A DNA stretch of 64,000 nucleotides from an uncultured Fimbriimonadales bacterium (GTDB lineage: Bacteria > Armatimonadota > Fimbriimonadia > Fimbriimonadales > GBS-DC): contig CALKLF010000042.1 in assembly GCA_937992175.1 (NCBI GenBank), positions 9,743 through 73,742 of the forward strand, given 5' to 3'. A model generated the notes under the pieces. That model made no database searches. It was not told the DNA's origin and worked only from the letters and a program-made list of their open reading frames with translations. Each line of letters begins with the position of its first letter. The stretch's first letter is position 1. Below, in pieces: positions 16,707-25,490 of this stretch. The translations under genes and the position numbers were made by a program.

Positions 16707-17438
16707 TTATGATACCTCTTGCGCCGCGAGCCAAAGCGCGCCCGATTCGTCGATGCTCACCGCCACCTGCCCCAAGCGCCACAGCTCCAGCATCGCAAGG
16801 AACGAGACCAGCAGGTCGATGATATCGAGCGCGTCGTCCGCCAAGGCGTCGAACGGGACGGAAGTAGGGGAGTTGCTCAGCCGTTCACTAATCTCGATCA
16901 TGCGGGCGCGGATCGAGAAGTAGCGTCGGTGGGGGATGGCGGTCGGCGGGGGGAGGCGTTGTTCGAGCAGGCGTTTGAAGGCGAGCCAGAGCTGGTCGGG
17001 CAACTCCGCGCCGAATTCGGGGGGGAGTTCATACGCGCGCGGGTCGATCAAGCCGCCCCGAAAGAAGATTTGCATCCATTCGTCCTCACGCTGACGGAGC
17101 TGCTCCAGCACAGGCAGATACGATGCAGGTAAGTGCGCAGGTTCGAGCCATTCTTCCGCTTCGTCCACCTCAGGCTCGGGCGCGAGCAGACGCTGCGCCT
17201 TGCGCTCTGTGAGGTACGCCACCATCGCGAGGGCGTCGGCGGCTTCGTCCATGTCGCCCGCCTCGCGCCAGTAATCGTAGCACGCCTGCGCAATCGGGGC
17301 GAGATCCACCTCCAGCAGGTCGAGCTTGTGCTTGCGAATCAGGTGCGCCAGCCAGCCCAGCGAGCCGAACCCGAACGGCAGCTGCAGCGGGACGCGCGGG
17401 GGCGACCATTCCGGCGAGCCGATATGAAAACGACGCAT
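16707..17438 (-). CDS. scpA: Segregation and condensation protein A (kleisin)
   Basis: 243 aa. LAHLIRKHKLDLLEVDLAPIAQACYDYW resembles the ScpA N-terminal motif. A C-terminal winged-helix-like FLAMLELWRLGQV is also present. Confidence 0.75.
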   Translation of the reverse strand: MRRFHIGSPEWSPPRVPLQLPFGFGSLGWLAHLIRKHKLDLLEVDLAPIAQACYDYWREAGDMDEAADALAMVAYLTERKAQRLLAPEPEVDEAEEWLEPAHLPASYLPVLEQLRQREDEWMQIFFRGGLIDPRAYELPPEFGAELPDQLWLAFKRLLEQRLPPPTAIPHRRYFSIRARMIEISERLSNSPTSVPFDALADDALDIIDLLVSFLAMLELWRLGQVAVSIDESGALWLAAQEVS

Positions 17439-17489
17439 AGGTCAAACTCTGGCAGATTCTACCCACCCAGCGGGTAGAATTAACCCCGT

Positions 17490-18527
17490 ATGCGTCCATC
17501 GTTGCCTAAGGTGAGGCTAGACCATCTGCAACGCTTACTCACGCCGCTCGGTATCTGGCAGCACACGCGCTATGCCGAGCCGTGGGTGGAGCATGGGTTC
17601 TCCATCGACGATCAGGCGCGGGGGCTGATTGTCGGCGCGTGGCTCTATCGGCTCACGCCGCAGCAACCAGACTGGCTCGCGCCCCACGATAGCGAGTTCC
17701 TGGCGCAACTCATTGAGGTCTGCCTCCAGTATATCGAGGCGGCGCAGATCGAGAGCGGACGGTTCCACAACTTTCGCGACGCGGAAGGCGCATGGCTTGA
17801 CGAGGTCGGCAGCGAGGATTCACACGGGCGCACAGTGTGGGGGTTGCAGACCCTGATTCAGCTCCTGCCCGAGACGGACTGGGCACGACGGGCGCAGCGA
17901 CTGCTGGACGGCGCGCTGCTGCACGCCCGCACGATTCACTCGCCGCGCGGGCTGGCGTTTATGGCAATCGCTGACGACCACCACGCCCGCCTGCTCCACT
18001 ACGGGCGCGAACTGGCGCAGCTCTACGAAGCCACTCGCGCACCCGACTGGCGCTGGTTCGAAAACTACCTGACCTATGAGAACCCGCGCCTGCCACAGGC
18101 GCTACTGCTCTGCGGCGTGCGTACACGCACTCCCGAATGGGTCCGACTCGCCCGCGAGGCGTTCGAGTTCCTCGCACAGACCACCTTCGCAGAAACGGGC
18201 TATTTCAGCCCCGTAGGCTCTGAAGGCTGGTATGTGCGAGGAAGAACACGCGCCGTGTTCGACCAGCAACCAGTGTGCGCCGGCGCGACCGTCGAGGCGT
18301 TTGTGGATGCCTGGCGGGCGTTTGATCAGTATAAGCCGTTCCTGCAGTATGCCGAGCGCGCCCTGCTGTGGTATCACGGCGACAACATCAATCAGATTGC
18401 CCTCTACGACCCGGAAACAGGCGTGGTGTACGATGGGCTGAACGCGCTGGGCGTGAACCTCAATCGCGGCGCGGAGTCCGTGCTGAGCTACCTGCTGGCG
18501 CGAATTAAGTGGGAGCTGTATACCTAG
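17490..18527 (+). CDS. Conserved hypothetical protein (helical repeat, glycosidase-like toroid suspected)
   Basis: 345-aa ORF. TAGAAT at 17475-17480 lies 9 nt before the ATG (leaderless pattern). No catalytic motif was recognised. Confidence 0.45.
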   Translation: MRPSLPKVRLDHLQRLLTPLGIWQHTRYAEPWVEHGFSIDDQARGLIVGAWLYRLTPQQPDWLAPHDSEFLAQLIEVCLQYIEAAQIESGRFHNFRDAEGAWLDEVGSEDSHGRTVWGLQTLIQLLPETDWARRAQRLLDGALLHARTIHSPRGLAFMAIADDHHARLLHYGRELAQLYEATRAPDWRWFENYLTYENPRLPQALLLCGVRTRTPEWVRLAREAFEFLAQTTFAETGYFSPVGSEGWYVRGRTRAVFDQQPVCAGATVEAFVDAWRAFDQYKPFLQYAERALLWYHGDNINQIALYDPETGVVYDGLNALGVNLNRGAESVLSYLLARIKWELYT

Positions 18528-18554
18528 TAAACGCCAATGCCCTAATAAGGCGTT

Positions 18555-18692
18555 CTACTCGCGCGCCTGCCCCTCAAGTTCTTGCAGGCGTTTCTGAAGT
18601 TTCGCCATCCGTCCCTGCAGCCATAGCAGGTACACGAAGATTCCAGCCCACACGATGAGAATGCTGATGCTCAACGCGGTCTGCCAGTTCAT
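18555..18692 (-). CDS. ccmD: Heme exporter protein CcmD-like small membrane protein
   Basis: 45 aa: MNWQTALSISILIVWAGIFVYLLWLQGRMAKLQKRLQELE. One TM followed by a basic helix, immediately after ccmC. Confidence 0.55.
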   Translation of the reverse strand: MNWQTALSISILIVWAGIFVYLLWLQGRMAKLQKRLQELEGQARE

Positions 18693-19344
18693 CGATTCTC
18701 GCCTCCAGCGTGAAAGTTGCCATGCGCAGCCGATACAGCCCAAACGCCAGCAGCCAGTAGGTCGCGAACCCCAGATAGACCCCCGTGCGGTAGAACCAGT
18801 CCAGCCCTTCCTTGCTCGCCATCACATTGCTGGGGTGCAACGAGACCTCCTTGAACATCGGCAGGCGCGGCAGGATGAACACGAGCAGGGGCACAGTGAG
18901 CGCGGCGAACACCGTGTAGCCCGAACTCACGGCGGCGCGACGGCGGTCGTCCTCGACCGAGCTGCGCAACGCGAAATATGCTGCGTAAATCATCAGCTGC
19001 AACAGAAAACTCGTCTGGCGCGGGTCCCAGTGCCACGGCTTGCCCCACTGCATCGTCGCGAAGACCATGCCCGTGAGCAGTGTGACGACGCCGAGCGTCA
19101 TGCCGACCTCGTTTGCGGCGGCGGCGCGGGCGTCGTCTAAGGGGGCACGCCGTCGGAGATAACGCCACCCGAAGAAGCCTCCCGCCAGAAAACAGAGCGT
19201 ACAGGTAATCGCGGCGGGCACATGGAACAGGATAATCCGCGCCGAGCCGGGGTCGCGAAAATCCTGCGCCGGCGGCACCCAGTAAAACGCAATGATTGTC
19301 AGCACAATCATTCCCAGCCCCGCGAGCCAGAACGCAACGCGCAT
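18574..19344 (-). CDS. ccmC: Heme exporter protein C (cytochrome c maturation system I)
   Basis: W-rich motif WGKPWHWDPRQT plus flanking His-containing TM helices. The ORF runs 118 nt into ccmD in another frame. Confidence 0.8.
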   Translation of the reverse strand: MRVAFWLAGLGMIVLTIIAFYWVPPAQDFRDPGSARIILFHVPAAITCTLCFLAGGFFGWRYLRRRAPLDDARAAAANEVGMTLGVVTLLTGMVFATMQWGKPWHWDPRQTSFLLQLMIYAAYFALRSSVEDDRRRAAVSSGYTVFAALTVPLLVFILPRLPMFKEVSLHPSNVMASKEGLDWFYRTGVYLGFATYWLLAFGLYRLRMATFTLEARIDELADRVEHQHSHRVGWNLRVPAMAAGTDGETSETPART

Positions 19345-19491
19345 AGCGGGGGAATTGTACCTCAAAACAACGGATCCTTACACTACCAGCCGAAGCCACC
19401 TCTGATTATACCGCTTGCCTCAGGCTCGCTTTCTGAGCCTGACCACTGCCCTCCCGTCAGGTACAATATCCTCCGACAGGAGGCGTATGAT

Positions 19492-20253
19492 ATGCTCACA
19501 GGGAAGAAGGGCGTGATTTTCGGCGTGGCGAACCAGCACAGTCTGGCATGGCGGATTGCTCAACGCTGCGCGGCGCACGGCGCAAGCCTTGCGATTGCTT
19601 ATCAGAACGACCGTTTTGAAGAGAAGGTGAACGCGCTCGCCCGCGAGTTGCCCGACGCTTTCACGCTCCAGTGCGACCTCAATAACGACGCCGAGATTCA
19701 GCAGGTCGTCGCAACGCTTCAGGAACGCTGGGGGCAGGTGGATTTTATGGCGCACTGCGTGGCGTATGCACTGCGGGAGGAGCTGGTCGGGCGGTATCTG
19801 GACACTTCGCGCGAGGGGTTCAAAATCGCGCTGGAGACCAGCGTGTATACCTTCGTGGCGGCGACGCGCGCGCTGGAGCCGATTCTGCGCGAGGGGGCGT
19901 CAATCCTGACGCTCACTTACTTAGGCAGCGAGCGGGTGGTGCCGGGCTATAATGTGATGGGTGTGGCGAAAGCGGCCCTAGAGGCGAGCGTGCGCTACTT
20001 AGCCTACGAGCTGGGCGAGCGCCAGATTCGCGTGAACGCGCTCTCGCCCGGACCAGTGAGTACGCTTGCGGCGCGGGGCATTCGCGGCTTTACCTCGATG
20101 ATGGAGTATGTGCGCCATCACGCGCCCTTCAAACGCGATACCGACCCGAACGAAGTCGGCGACGCCGCCGTGTTCCTGTTCAGCGACATGGGGCGTGGCG
20201 TCACAGGCGAAGTGATTTACATCGACGCGGGCTACCGCATTCTGGGGATGTAA
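19492..20253 (+). CDS. fabI: Enoyl-[acyl-carrier-protein] reductase (NADH)
   Basis: MLTGKKGVIFGVANQHSLAW, YLGSERVVPGYNVMGVAKAALE (Tyr/Lys) and AGYRILGM. GGAGG SD at 19479-19483. Confidence 0.9.
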   Translation: MLTGKKGVIFGVANQHSLAWRIAQRCAAHGASLAIAYQNDRFEEKVNALARELPDAFTLQCDLNNDAEIQQVVATLQERWGQVDFMAHCVAYALREELVGRYLDTSREGFKIALETSVYTFVAATRALEPILREGASILTLTYLGSERVVPGYNVMGVAKAALEASVRYLAYELGERQIRVNALSPGPVSTLAARGIRGFTSMMEYVRHHAPFKRDTDPNEVGDAAVFLFSDMGRGVTGEVIYIDAGYRILGM

Positions 20254-20256
20254 GCG

Positions 20257-21612
20257 ATGGCGGCGACGAAACCTCCGAAGCTGCAGACGCTCCCGCCCCT
20301 GCCCATCGAGCGACTGACCCGTCCGTTTGCGCTGTTCGCCAAGCAGGCAAGCGCAGGGGGCATCGTGCTGCTGGCATGCGCGATTGTCGCGATGGTGTGG
20401 GCAAACTCGCCGCTGGGCGACTACTACTTCCGACTTTGGGCGACGCCCGTCGAGGTGCGGTTCGGCGACCTCATCAATATCGACAAGCCGTTGCTGCTCT
20501 GGATTAACGACGGCTTGATGGCGGTGTTCTTCTTTCTGGTGGGGATGGAGATCAAGCGCGAGCTGCTGGTGGGCGAGTTGCGTTCGCCGCGCAAAGCCGC
20601 GCTGTCGATGGCAGCGGCGCTGGGGGGGATGGCGGTTCCCGCCCTGATTTATGTTGCGCTGAACTGGGGCACGCCTGAGATTCGGGGCTGGGGCGTGCCG
20701 ATGGCGACCGATATCGCGTTCGCGCTGGGCGCGCTCGCGCTGCTGGGCACACGCGCCCCGCTCGCCCTGAAAGTGTTCCTGACCGCGCTGGCGATTGTGG
20801 ACGACCTCGGCGCCGTGCTGGTGATCGCGCTGTTCTATACCGAGAACCTGAAAACCGACGCGCTGTTCTATTCGTTCCTGTTCTGGGGCGGGATGATTCT
20901 GATGAACCGTCTCGGCGTGCGCAACGCGCTGATTTACTTTATCGTAAGCCTGGGGATGTGGTTCTTCATGCTCAAGTCGGGCGTGCATGCGACGGTGGCG
21001 GGCGTGCTGGGCGCGTTCGCGATTCCTGTGCGCTCGCGGATTGACCCCGAACTGTTTCTGGCGCGGGTGCGCGAGTATCTGAACCAGTTCGACCAGCCGA
21101 CGGCGGAGCGGACGATCATCCTCACTCCCGAACAGCAGTCGGCGGTGGAGGCGATCGAGCGCGAGGCGTTGCGCGTGCAGTCACCCCTGCAGCGACTGGA
21201 GCATCAGCTCCACTACTTCGTGGCGTTCGCTGTGATGCCAATTTTCGCGCTGGCGAACGCGGGCGTGACCTTCGGCGGCGAGAACGGAATCAACTGGACG
21301 AGCCGCGTCATTTGGGGCATCGCGCTGGGACTGCTGATAGGCAAACCACTGGGGATCGCGCTCTTTTCTTGGCTGGCAATCAAGCTGGGGCTGGCGCAGC
21401 TGCCGCAGGGGATTAACTTCATTCACATCACGGGCGTCGGTTTTTTGGCAGGCATCGGCTTCACGATGGCGCTGTTTATCGGCGGGCTGGCGTTCACTGG
21501 CGACGAGCTGAACTACGCGAAGCTGGGCATCCTCTCTGGCTCCGCGCTGGCGGGCGTGATGGGCTTTATGCTCCTGCGGATGTGGACGAAACCGCAGCCA
21601 GAAACGGATTAA
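20257..21612 (+). CDS. nhaA: Na+/H+ antiporter NhaA
   Basis: 451 aa. WINDGLMAVFFFLVGMEIKRELLVGEL and ATDIAFALG are NhaA signatures. Confidence 0.9.
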   Translation: MAATKPPKLQTLPPLPIERLTRPFALFAKQASAGGIVLLACAIVAMVWANSPLGDYYFRLWATPVEVRFGDLINIDKPLLLWINDGLMAVFFFLVGMEIKRELLVGELRSPRKAALSMAAALGGMAVPALIYVALNWGTPEIRGWGVPMATDIAFALGALALLGTRAPLALKVFLTALAIVDDLGAVLVIALFYTENLKTDALFYSFLFWGGMILMNRLGVRNALIYFIVSLGMWFFMLKSGVHATVAGVLGAFAIPVRSRIDPELFLARVREYLNQFDQPTAERTIILTPEQQSAVEAIEREALRVQSPLQRLEHQLHYFVAFAVMPIFALANAGVTFGGENGINWTSRVIWGIALGLLIGKPLGIALFSWLAIKLGLAQLPQGINFIHITGVGFLAGIGFTMALFIGGLAFTGDELNYAKLGILSGSALAGVMGFMLLRMWTKPQPETD

Positions 21613-21616
21613 TTCT

Positions 21617-22408
21617 TCAGTCCAGTTTCACTCGGCGCATGAGCCGAGACAGGAGCCCGGGCGCGAACCGTTTGAGATAGAGCGCGATTTTCTCGTAGCG
21701 GGCGATGTAGACCTCCTCCTTACGCTTGTGCAGGGCGTTCACGATGTGGCGAGCGCACACCTCGGCAGGCATACCTTTCGCGATCCGATTATCCAGTACC
21801 CCGTGTTCTTGCCCGTCACCGCGCAGCGCGTGCATCGAGACCTCTGTGCGCACAAAGCCAGGGCAAATCAGCGTGATGCGTATCCCCTGATCGTAGACTT
21901 CCGTGCGTAGCGAGTCGAAGTAGCCGTGCAGCGCGTGTTTGGAGGCGCAGTAGGCGGACTGGCGCGGTGTGCTGAACTTGCCCAGCAGACTACTCACCAC
22001 CGCAATCTGTCCGCCCCCGCGCTCAATCATATAGGGCAGGAGGGTCTTGGTCATGGAGATGACGCTGAAGTAATTCACCTCCATAATGCGCTGATCAACG
22101 CGGAAATCGGTCTCCAGCACCAGCGAGCGCTGAGAAATGCCTGCATTATTAATCAGGATGTCCACCTGCCCAAAGTGTTCCATCGCAGCGCCGACGGCAG
22201 TGGGGTGGAAGTCGTAGTCCGTTACATCGAAGGGCAGGAGCAGAACTTTTCCTTCGCCCCTACAGGCGTTTTTGACGGCTTCGAGGCGGTCGCGACGGCG
22301 CGCCGTGAGAATCAGATGCGCACCCTCGCGACTGAACGCATAAGCGAGCGACTCGCCGATGCCCGACGACGCGCCCGTAATCCAGACGACCTTGTTGCGG
22401 AACCGCAT
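21617..22408 (-). CDS. SDR-family oxidoreductase
   Basis: VWITGASSGIGESLA (TGxxxGIG), NNAG and YCASKHAL (YxxxK). Confidence 0.8.
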   Translation of the reverse strand: MRFRNKVVWITGASSGIGESLAYAFSREGAHLILTARRRDRLEAVKNACRGEGKVLLLPFDVTDYDFHPTAVGAAMEHFGQVDILINNAGISQRSLVLETDFRVDQRIMEVNYFSVISMTKTLLPYMIERGGGQIAVVSSLLGKFSTPRQSAYCASKHALHGYFDSLRTEVYDQGIRITLICPGFVRTEVSMHALRGDGQEHGVLDNRIAKGMPAEVCARHIVNALHKRKEEVYIARYEKIALYLKRFAPGLLSRLMRRVKLD

Positions 22409-22411
22409 CGC

Positions 22412-23515
22412 CTACACCGCCTGACGCGCCATCGCCGTCTCAGGCAGCTGCTCGCCCAGCCGCGCGGCAATGTCTTCGGGATTCTGCGCCACGCGGTACA
22501 TCTCTTCGCGTGTAATCAGCTTGTGCTGATACAAAAACAGCAGGTGATTGTCCAGCGAAATCATGCCGAGCTGCTGCCCCGTCTGGATCGCCGACTCGAT
22601 GCTGTGGATTTTGCGCTCGCGAATCATGTGCCCGATAGCAGGCGTGACATACATGATTTCGAACGCGGCGACGCGCCCCGGTCGGTCGGCGCGTGGCAGG
22701 AGCAGCTGCGAAATAATCGCCACAAGGTTCGTGCTAAGCTGCACGCGAATCTGCTCCTGTTGCTCGTGCGGGAACACATCGACGATGCGCTCCACTGTGC
22801 GCGCCGCGCCAGTTGTGTGAACCGTGGCGAACACAAGGTGTCCTGTCTCCGCAGCGGTAATCGCGGCTTGAATCGTCTTGAGGTCGCGCATCTCGCCCAC
22901 CAGAATCACATCGGGGTCCATACGCATCGCGCGGATGACCCCTTCGTCGAAGCTCGGCACATCGACTCCCACCTCACGCTGGCTGATAACCGACCTTTTC
23001 GCGCTGTGGAAATACTCGATAGGATCCTCCACTGTGACGATGTGCGTCTCACGGTTCGCGTTGATGTAATCGATCATTGTGGCGAGGGTGGTCGTTTTGC
23101 CTGAGCCTGTGGGACCCGTCACCAGCACCAGCCCACGCGGCAGATGGAGCAGGCGCTTGACCGAGTCGGGCAGTCCAATCTCCTCGAAGCTGCGCAATCG
23201 GTAAGGAATCAGGCGGAAGTTGATGGCGATGGAGCCTTTCTCGTAGTAGGCGGCGACACGGAATCGGGCTTTGGAGTGCGTGTAGCCAAAGTCGGCGGTG
23301 CGCACGCGCTCCAGCTCGTGAATCGCGCGCGGGGGCGCGACCTCGCGGAACAACCGCTCCGTGTCCGCAGGGCTGAGTTCCCCATATTCCTCCAGGCGCA
23401 CCAGTCGCCCGTGCAACCGCAGCGTCGCAGGTTCGTTGGGCACAATGTGGATGTCCGATGCATCCCGTTCATAACAGATGTCCAGCAGTTGATCGGCAGA
23501 CGCGAATTTCAGCAT
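22412..23515 (-). CDS. pilT: Type IV pilus retraction ATPase PilT
   Basis: 367 aa. GLVLVTGPTGSGKTTTLATMIDYIN, HIVTVEDPIEY, ILVGEMRD and GHLVFATVHT. Confidence 0.88.
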   Translation of the reverse strand: MLKFASADQLLDICYERDASDIHIVPNEPATLRLHGRLVRLEEYGELSPADTERLFREVAPPRAIHELERVRTADFGYTHSKARFRVAAYYEKGSIAINFRLIPYRLRSFEEIGLPDSVKRLLHLPRGLVLVTGPTGSGKTTTLATMIDYINANRETHIVTVEDPIEYFHSAKRSVISQREVGVDVPSFDEGVIRAMRMDPDVILVGEMRDLKTIQAAITAAETGHLVFATVHTTGAARTVERIVDVFPHEQQEQIRVQLSTNLVAIISQLLLPRADRPGRVAAFEIMYVTPAIGHMIRERKIHSIESAIQTGQQLGMISLDNHLLFLYQHKLITREEMYRVAQNPEDIAARLGEQLPETAMARQAV

Positions 23516-23583
23516 AAGAACGCCTCCTGATTGGGGTTAAGATTCACATCTTGCACGAGGAATCCTGCCAATCGCTGCGCCTA

Positions 23584-23905
23584 ATAAGTCCTTCAAAGTT
23601 TAAAGCGTTCCCGAAACGCGCGAAGCGCGCATGGTGCGACGGCATTCCTGCCGTCGCGTATGCAATATCCCCAGCTGGCGCGACGGCATTCCTGCCATCG
23701 CGTATGCAATATCCCCAGCTGGTGCGACGGCAGGAGTGCCGTCGCATGTTAGAATACACAGGTGGCGCGACGGCAAGAATGTCGTCGCACCACTTGGGTA
23801 TATTTCACAGGCGACGGTGTGTAGATCCCCCAAGCGACGGCAGGAATGCCGTCGCACCGTGCACGCCTTGCGCGTTGTGGCTGATCTAACCTTTGAGGGA
23901 CTTAT
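23584..23905. repeat. Composite MITE-like element: 19-bp terminal inverted repeats enclosing an array of six family-B hairpins
   Basis: ATAAGTCCTTCAAAGTTTA (23584-23602) vs reverse complement of TAACCTTTGAGGGACTTAT (23887-23905), 17/19 match. Inside, GCGACGGCA-nnnn-TGCCGTCGC hairpins recur every ~44 bp, and the first two units are near-identical tandem copies. Confidence 0.7.
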
Positions 23906-23931
23906 AGATTACGCCACCCGAAAGGCGTATC

Positions 23932-24558
23932 TCAGAACGCCCCTACCAGCTCAGGCGCACGCGTGTGGCGGCGTTCAGGGCGGCGAAAGGCGTACAGGTG
24001 AATCAGTCGTCCCTCGTGCAACAGAGCGCAGCCGTTTACCTGCTCGTCGTTCAGGTGCGTCTCCATACCCAGTCCGACTGGCTGGAACGTCTCAGCAGGC
24101 GCGTCGGCGACGGCGTTCAGGAACTCGTCCACCTCACCGACTCGAATCGCGCGCGCCTCGGAGCGCAGGCTGGTCATCGCTGTCAGCGCGTAGCTCCGCA
24201 GCAGTTTGGGGAACATCTTGCGGAAGGTTTCAGGCGAGTCGAACGCTTCCACACCAACGATTTCGCCATTCACTGCAAACACTGCCAGGATGGACACATT
24301 CAGCACGCGGTTCTGCTTCGCACCTACCAGCTCCTCACTGTCGGGCAGCAACACGGGCGTCGCCGCTTTATTAGTTGCCTTAATCGTGTCCACGCTCCCA
24401 CCTTCGCTTACTTCCTCAATCACCAGCAGTCCCTGCCTCAGGGCGTCCTGCATCAGCAGGTAGCGCGGCGCGGCAACTTGATGGTCGGAACACGCGATGG
24501 TTTGTATACACTGCAACGCACAACCAGTCCGTGAAGCGCAGGTATACTCCCTTTGCAA
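23932..24558 (-). CDS. ARPP-1/DUF6569-like protein (uncharacterised family)
   Basis: LVIEEVSEGGSVDTIKATNKAATPVLLPDSEELVGAKQNRVLNVSIL resembles the family motif as I recall it. The start (TTG 24558) is uncertain. Confidence 0.45.
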   Translation of the reverse strand: MQREYTCASRTGCALQCIQTIACSDHQVAAPRYLLMQDALRQGLLVIEEVSEGGSVDTIKATNKAATPVLLPDSEELVGAKQNRVLNVSILAVFAVNGEIVGVEAFDSPETFRKMFPKLLRSYALTAMTSLRSEARAIRVGEVDEFLNAVADAPAETFQPVGLGMETHLNDEQVNGCALLHEGRLIHLYAFRRPERRHTRAPELVGAF

Positions 24559-25487
24559 TGGGTGTCGTCGTGGGCATCGAGGGCGGCGGCACGAAAACGG
24601 GCTGCGCCGTCCTCTCGGAACAGGGCGAACTGCTGGCGTATGCAGAAGGCGGTCCCGCCAATCTGAACTTTGTAGATGAAGCGACGCAGCGCGAGTCGTT
24701 CGAGACCGCGTTGAACGGCGCGCTGCAGGGCATCAATGCGCCGGTGCTCGCGCTGGGCTACACGGTGGCGGGCACACGCGCGAACTGGGCATGGCTGCTC
24801 CGCCGGCTTGGCAACCCGCCCGCCTACGCCATCGAAGAATCGCGCATGGCGATGCTCAGCACAGGGGTCGAAGTCGCGCACGGCGTGTCGGTCGTGGCGG
24901 GCACAGGGTCGTTAGTTGCAGGGTTCAGGGACGATGAACTGGTCGTTCAGATGGGCGGCTGGGGTGCGCTGCTGGGCGATGAGGGGAGCGCGTATGATGT
25001 GGCGATGCGTGGGATTCGCAGCGCTGTGTGCGCCTGGGACGGACGCGATCGCCCAAACAGGCTGATTCAAGCGGTGCAGGGGTTTTTCGGCATCGAAGAC
25101 CTGCGCGAGCTGGTACCAATCTTCTACCAGCAGGGCGTCCCCCGCCACAGAGTTGCTGCCTTCGCCCAGAGTGTGGTGGAGACAGCGCGCCAAGGCGACC
25201 CTGTCGCCAGCACGATTCTGGCTCAGGCAGGGCGCGACCTCGCGCACGATGCGCGGGCGTGCGCCGAACGCCTGTTCACACGCGAAGACCCGTTCACCGT
25301 CGCCATGACAGGCGGGATGTTTCGTAGCGAGATCTTCCGCGCTACATTTAGGGAATGCCTCGAACCGAGTTTCCCCCACGCGGAGTTTCGCATGCCGATG
25401 ATGGAGCCTGCGACGGCAGTGGCGCGAGCCGTTTTGCGACGGTTCCGCTTACTGGGTAAGCGGAACCATCGCCCAATGAGCGGGTGA
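24558..25487 (+). CDS. BadF/BadG/BcrA/BcrD-type ATPase (N-acetylglucosamine kinase-like)
   Basis: MGVVVGIEGGGTKTGCAV, VVAGTGS and GGWGALLGDEGSAY. TATACT at 24543-24548 lies 9 nt before the ATG. Confidence 0.75.
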   Translation: MGVVVGIEGGGTKTGCAVLSEQGELLAYAEGGPANLNFVDEATQRESFETALNGALQGINAPVLALGYTVAGTRANWAWLLRRLGNPPAYAIEESRMAMLSTGVEVAHGVSVVAGTGSLVAGFRDDELVVQMGGWGALLGDEGSAYDVAMRGIRSAVCAWDGRDRPNRLIQAVQGFFGIEDLRELVPIFYQQGVPRHRVAAFAQSVVETARQGDPVASTILAQAGRDLAHDARACAERLFTREDPFTVAMTGGMFRSEIFRATFRECLEPSFPHAEFRMPMMEPATAVARAVLRRFRLLGKRNHRPMSG

Positions 25488-25490
25488 GCT

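Noticed and set aside
21926-23104. Long antisense or alternate-frame ORFs: 21926-23104, 19999-20988, 31164-32135, 34084-35229, 40829-41950, 44280-45419, 48197-49546, 51742-52947, 53807-54919, 5144-5977, 37615-38532
   Set aside because: Each lies opposite to, or out of frame with, a gene that has clear family motifs. Their translations are R/A/G/H-rich with no motifs. This is expected stop-codon depletion in GC-rich DNA.
23633-23866. Regularly spaced 22-bp palindromic repeats with ~22-bp spacers that superficially resemble a small CRISPR array
   Set aside because: Repeats and spacers are both too short. The first two spacers are identical (tandem duplication), the repeat loops flip orientation, one repeat is badly degenerate, there are no cas genes or leader, and the array is bracketed by terminal inverted repeats like a MITE.
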